From the human T2T-CHM13v2.0 reference genome, Homo sapiens, in NCBI RefSeq assembly GCF_009914755.1, contig NC_060933.1: 64,000 nt of DNA. One strand, given 5' to 3'. The position numbers and the translations under genes were made by a program. Below, piece by piece: positions 57,529-64,000 of this stretch. Position 1 is the first letter of the stretch; the number at the start of each line of letters is the position of its first letter. The notes beneath the pieces were generated by a model. The model made no database searches. It was given only the letters and a program-made list of their open reading frames with translations, and was not told the DNA's origin.

Positions 57529-57834
57529 GGAGCCAGGCACGGAGGCTCATGCGTGTGGTCCCAGCACTTTGGGAGGCTGAGGCGGGCGGATCGCTTTGAG
57601 CTTAGGAGTTCAAGACCAGCCATGGCAACATGGTGAAACCCTGTCTCTACAAAAAAATACAGAAATTAGCCTGGCATTTGTGGCTCATGCCCAAGGTCCC
57701 AGCTACTTGGGATGCTGAGGCTGGAGAATTGCTTCAGCCTGGGAAGTGGAGGTTACAGTGAGCTGAGATCACACCACTACACCCCAGCCTGGGTGATAGA
57801 ATGGGACTCTGTCTTAAAAAAATAAATAAAATAA
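57529..57834 (+). mobile_element. Alu (J-like)
   Basis: Full dimer; its tail is interrupted by an L1. Confidence 0.9.
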
Positions 57835-58709
57835 AAGAACATGAACAGACACTTCTCAAAAGAAGACATTTATGCAGCCAAAAAACACATGAAAAAATGC
57901 TCACCATCACTGGCCATCAGAGAAATGCAAATCAAAACCACAATGAGATACCATTTCACACCAGTTAGAATGGCAATCATTAAAAAGTCAGGAAACAACA
58001 GGTGCTGGAGAGGATGTGGAGAAATAGGAACACTTTTACACTGTTGGTGGGACTGTAAACTAGTTCAACCATTGTGGAAGTCAGTGTGGTGATTCCTCAG
58101 GGATCTAGAACTAGAAATACCATTTGACCCAGCCATCCCATTACTGGGTATATACCCAAAGGACTATAAATCATGCTGCTATAAAGATACATGCACACTA
58201 TGTTTTTTGCGGCATTATTCACAATAGCAAAGACTTGGAACCAACCCAGATGTCCAACAATGACAGACTGGATTAAGAAAATGTGGCACATATACACCAT
58301 GGAATACTATGCAGCCATAAAAAATGATGAGTTCATGTCCTTTGTAGGGACATGGATGAAATTGGAAATCATCATTCTCAGTAAACTATCGCAAGAACAA
58401 AAAACCAAACACCGCATATTCTCACTCATAGGTGGGAATTGAACAATGAGAACACATGGACACAGGAAGGGGAACATCACACTCTGGGGACTGTTGTGGG
58501 GTGGGGGGAGGGGGGAGGGATAGCACTGGGAGATATACCTAATGCTAGATGACGAGTTAGTGGGTGCAGCGCACCAGCATGGCACATGTATACATATGTA
58601 ACTAACCTGCACATTGTGCACATGTACCCTAAAACTTAAAGTATAATAATAATTAATAAATAAATAAATAAATAAATAAAAATTTAAAAATAAATAAATA
58701 AAATAAAAA
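57835..58709 (+). mobile_element. L1PA2-like 5'-truncated insertion (about 0.87 kb), sense to RECK
   Basis: Near-consensus ORF2 C-terminus ([20 protein letters not shown]...IGGN*); 3'UTR GCTAGATGACGAGTTAGTGGGTGCAGCGC (GAG, not the L1HS-Ta ACA); (TAAA)n tail. Confidence 0.9.
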
Positions 58710-58821
58710 GGAAGTTGGAAAATATTCTAGACAACTGATAAATCTAGAGGATAATAAGTTTTACCTCTTCTTATTTCTTATAGAAAAATGCCACAAAAAC
58801 TTTTTTTTTTTTGTCAAATAG

Positions 58822-58896
58822 ATTTTCTCCTCAAAAAGTGAATCCCGACTAAAACATCTGTTGCAGCGAGCCCCAGATTATTGCCCAGAGACAATG
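58822..58896 (+). CDS. RECK: RECK exon 3
   Basis: Poly(T)-GTCAAATAG|; IFSSKSESRLKHLLQRAPDYCPETM; ATG|GTAAGT; 75 nt, phase 0 to 0. Confidence 0.97.
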
Positions 58897-59168
58897 GTAA
58901 GTCTTATTGTAACTTAACTGTAGAAGCTTCTGTCTAAATGAAACTATCCAATGAATTACTTTCAGAGTTAGCAAATTTTTAAATGTGATTGGAATTTGTG
59001 GTCAAAATAAAATGTTAAGTTTAACTTAAATACTTAAAAAAAATCTTCATATAAATTGCTAGATAGAATATTGTTTTTCTTCTTTTATTATCCTATGATA
59101 TAAATCTAAAAACAATCTTAAATATAAATGTGTTCCTATCTTTAAATTTCATTATAGTATTTTATCTG

Positions 59169-59485
<317 letters not shown>

Positions 59486-60113
59486 TTATTTATTATTATA
59501 GTTTGACTAATTTTATGAAAACTATAATAACTAAATCTGTTTATTTTGATTTTGGAAAATTGAATTTGGGATAAGGGAAAATATATGACTTATTATCTTC
59601 CAATTTTCTGACATACTGTAGATATATTGCTTACCTATCTGAATCATGTAACTTTAAGACCTTTTAAAGGTCTCTAATACTTGGGCTGTCCTCAGTGTTT
59701 GGGATGCTCATGTGCCAGACCAAGAAAGTGTGAGTTTGTTTGCAAGAGCCTCTTTAGATATGGTGGCTTATATTATGTGAAGGGGAAAATAAGTTGATGA
59801 TTAAATAGTTCTGACTGACACATTCCCTTTAGTCTTCAGTTTTGTCTATAGGCTTGGAAACAGTGATTCCAGTAAGTATCCTGAGTAACTAGACTCATCG
59901 TTAATGCTCTCAGATGGGAAAAGAACAAGGAATATTTCTGTATCTCAGCTTTGTTCCCCCCGAATAGCTGATTGATGTGCCTGTAGTTCTAGAACATTGA
60001 CTGTGTAGACATAGCCATAATCAAATTAGCTGTTCATAATTTCTGTAGAAATTAATTGTCATATTTAGGAACTGGTTATCTACATAAAAGCCTTTTGTTG
60101 GGTACACTTTTAG

Positions 60114-60150
60114 GTTGAAATTTGGAATTGTATGAATTCATCTTTGCCAG
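60114..60150 (+). CDS. RECK: RECK exon 4
   Basis: CACTTTTAG|; VEIWNCMNSSLP(G); CAG|GTAAGC; 37 nt, phase 0 to 1; N86 sequon NSS. Confidence 0.96.
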
Positions 60151-61385
60151 GTAAGCAATAAAAGTGTAACATTTAGCACTTAATTTTAAAAACTTACTGT
60201 GTGAATGTAAAATTGGTGTCATTGTCCTGGAACCTAATTTATACTCTGGAGTTTCTATCCTCTCCTTCCCTTCAACACCTAAATTTTTTTTTTCTAAGAC
60301 ACAGTCTTACTGTGTTGCCCAGGCTGGTCTTGAACTCCTGGCCTCAAGTGATCATCCTGCCTTGGCCTCCCAAAATGCTGAGATTACAGGCATGACCCAC
60401 CATGTCCAGCCCAAATTTTCAAATACATAATTTATTCTCATTCACTCAGTCCTTAACTTTGTTCTCTTGTCTCCACTTCTGCCATTCTACTGAAACTAGT
60501 CTTTGAAAGATTACCAGGATCTCTTGGTTCCTAGATCTTCGGGCTCTTTCTCAGTACTACTCTCTTTGACTTTCTTGAAACACTTGATATTATTGATTAC
60601 TACCTCCTTATGACTCCACCTTGGCCTCAGAACCTATTCTGCCTTGCCTTTTTTTTTTGCAGATGGAGCCGTAAGGACTATGGTTATTTCTGTGTGTGGT
60701 CTTCTTCCCTTCTGTCTTCACATTCACCTTAGTAATCTCATTCCTTCCCAGAACTGTTAACTAATCAGCTCTGAGAAGGTGACTCTCAAATCTAAATCAT
60801 TGTTTGTAACTTCTAGATATCTTTGTAGACATCTCTACCTGGATCTCTGCATCCAGGTGCCATCTGAAGCACAAATCCAAAATCAAACTCATAACTGCAC
60901 CTCTTGTGAATGATACTAGACTGGAAACCCCCAAGTTATATTTTACTCCTTGTTCTTTCTAGTTCCATTGACTCTCCCCTTGCAAAATTACACCTGTCCT
61001 GTCTATTTCTAGTTCAAGTCTTTATTCTTACACTCGTGGGATAGAATATTATAATAACCTTATAACTGATGTTTCAACACATTATATCTTTCTTTCCTAT
61101 CCTCTTCAAAAATAATTTATCAGGGGATATTCACTCCCATCAGAATAAAACCCAAACTCTCTAGCCTGACACTCATGATCTCCCAGGATTACAGCCTATT
61201 TGCCAGCCCTGGATAGAGCTAATTTCTTAAAAAAAAAAGAGTATACCTTATGTATCTCTGAATTCTAGAGGCTATCGCACTGTTTAAAGTTTGTATTTCA
61301 AACTGGTTGCCTTTCTGAAATTGCCCACCTCCTTGCCTGTCTCCTAGTTATGCTTGTACCCAGCATCCTTAGTATCCTGTAATTT

Positions 61386-61388
<3 letters not shown>

Positions 61389-61432
<44 letters not shown>
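61389..61432. repeat. (AC)n microsatellite
   Basis: Direct dinucleotide run. Confidence 0.95.
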
Positions 61433-61436
<4 letters not shown>

Positions 61437-62135
61437 GCTAACAAACTGTAATCTCCCAAATAGGATAAATCATATATTTTATTTATTCCATAATTTCATA
61501 GCCCACATAACACCTAACAGAGTGCCTTGTACATAGTAGGACCTTAGTAAATATAAATGCTTTTTGGATAATTTAGTATGTTCTAAGAGGCCACTGGATA
61601 CCTGGAAACAGCAGCATACTTCATTATGATATAACAAGTCACAGAGTTTATGACCTATGTTGATTCCATTTAAAATTCTTTCCAACATGTGAGGAACCTG
61701 AATAGCAAGCAGCAAAGATTTAGAAGAAACTATACTAGGCAATGAGGCTAGATGTGAATTTGTTACCCTTTGTACCCTTAAGACACATAGTGATAAGCTT
61801 ATAATATGCAGTATTTTTGGTCAATTTTTATAATTGGGGTAGTTTATTATATTTTGAGAGCTTTGTCTATCTGTGAACCATTTATTTGCCTTGTTTTACT
61901 TTTTAGCAGAATGCTTCTATTTGTTGTGTGAAGTCCTAGTTTCATTTGGGGAACTATGTTACTTACTGCCTTGAATCCCTGACATTTTTTTTCAAATATA
62001 AATAATAATCCAACTTACTTCAGATATAGATACTCAAATTTATGTTTTACATAGAAGCAGCATAAGGCAATTTTAAAGGAGATAAGGAGGAATTTGCAGC
62101 ATTCCTGCAAGCATAAGGCTTTTCTCTTTTCATAA

Positions 62136-62772
<637 letters not shown>

Positions 62773-62846
62773 CTATCTCCTACTTTTGCCTTAGGATTCA
62801 TTCACTGACATTTATGATTGCAAAAGGAGTTTAAAAGCAAATTGGA

Positions 62847-63159
<313 letters not shown>

Positions 63160-63789
63160 TTATCATCTTTCAGTTTCACAATCATTTGGTTGGAAGAGTC
63201 ACTGCTGAACATCAATTGAACCAGAATAATACATGGTCATTTTGCCCCATGATTAAATGTGCCCATCAAAGCCAGATATACCTGACTCACAAAAATTGCC
63301 CCTATTTACTAAGTATCAGTTTTTAAACAGGATCATGAATTTTATGCTATTCTAGGTATTTACTGTTTTGAATACAGTAATACTTGTGCCCTTTCTTGTT
63401 AGTCTGCTTATGTTAAATTAAAATCTTTGCCTCTGATTAACAGTCTAACAGTAAGAAAGCTCTCTTCCTTGCTTTCCTTCCCTTGTACGTCCTCTGGTAA
63501 AGATGTTACCTACCCAAGAGTGAGAATGACTTAAAGAGCATTTAGGGTGGGAGGGAAAAGAGAAAAAACAAAAGACCTGATAATTATGCTGTGAGGGACT
63601 TTGAAAGAGACTGATAGCAGTGGAAGTAAGGGTAAAGGGAGGTCCTTAATAATTTTGAGGCCCTGCTGTCTGAACCAGTTTTCTTATGGACAGCTGCTTT
63701 GACTTTTAGTAGTAGCCTTGAAACATCTGGCATGCTATCTGTTTTTATTGCTACTTATGACCAAAACATTTAAACATTTTGTTTTTAAG

Positions 63790-63875
63790 GTGTGTTTAAG
63801 AAGTCTGATGGCTGGGTTGGCTTAGGCTGCTGTGAACTGGCTATTGCCTTGGAGTGTCGACAGGCATGCAAGCAG
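63790..63875 (+). CDS. RECK: RECK exon 5 (start of CC2); the gene continues beyond the window
   Basis: TTTGTTTTTAAG|GT; (G)VFKKSDGWVGLGCCELAIALECRQACKQ; CAG|GTAACA; 86 nt. Exons 1-5 total 357 nt, 119 codons in frame. Confidence 0.97.
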
Positions 63876-64000
63876 GTAACACTGGGTAGTCAGGCTCTCA
63901 AACATCATGGAGTGCAGTTTGGTTTTAGCTGTGCACATGTCTTGGGCCTTGCCCACCTCCTAGCTTTGCAGAGGTAACCCGTAAAAACTGCAAATTTAGC

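Noticed and set aside
57841-58442. ORF2-like peptides suggesting an active L1
   Set aside because: Only the last 0.87 kb is present, with a stop and a frameshift; no ORF1, endonuclease or RT.
63876-63977. ORF continuing past the exon 5 donor (VTLGSQALKHHG...)
   Set aside because: A short intron read-through of this length is expected by chance; no supporting evidence for a terminal exon within the window.

Overview
Primate, almost certainly human, genomic DNA. From memory the gene order matches chr9p13.3; I have not checked this by search. Left part (about 1-23 kb): three related class II olfactory receptor loci. (1) A minus-strand gene at 2910-3868 (OR13C7-like) broken only by a 2-bp insertion. 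(2) A plus-strand pseudogene with several lesions at 13181-14130 (OR2S1P-like). (3) A 3' fragment at 21766-22115 (OR2AM1P-like). Right part (36.4-64 kb): the CpG-island promoter and coding exons 1-5 of RECK (codons 1-119: signal peptide, CC1 and the start of CC2). The rest is mostly interspersed repeats (Alu, L1, L2, MaLR/ERV LTRs, an ERVL remnant, Tigger and MER elements) and microsatellites; repeat boundaries and subfamily calls are approximate. I see no RNA genes, CRISPR array or clearly new multi-gene system. Best leads: a 34-nt frameshifting cassette exon candidate in RECK intron 2; a frame-symmetric exon 2-4 module encoding CC1, flanked by inverted Alus; a young sense-strand L1PA2-like insertion just upstream of exon 3; the single-lesion OR with an HD/O-E/TATA promoter candidate; a reconstructable duplication and deletion history for two OR loci; and a convergent pair of CTCF-like motifs. 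All of these are sequence-based hypotheses, and some may already be annotated.
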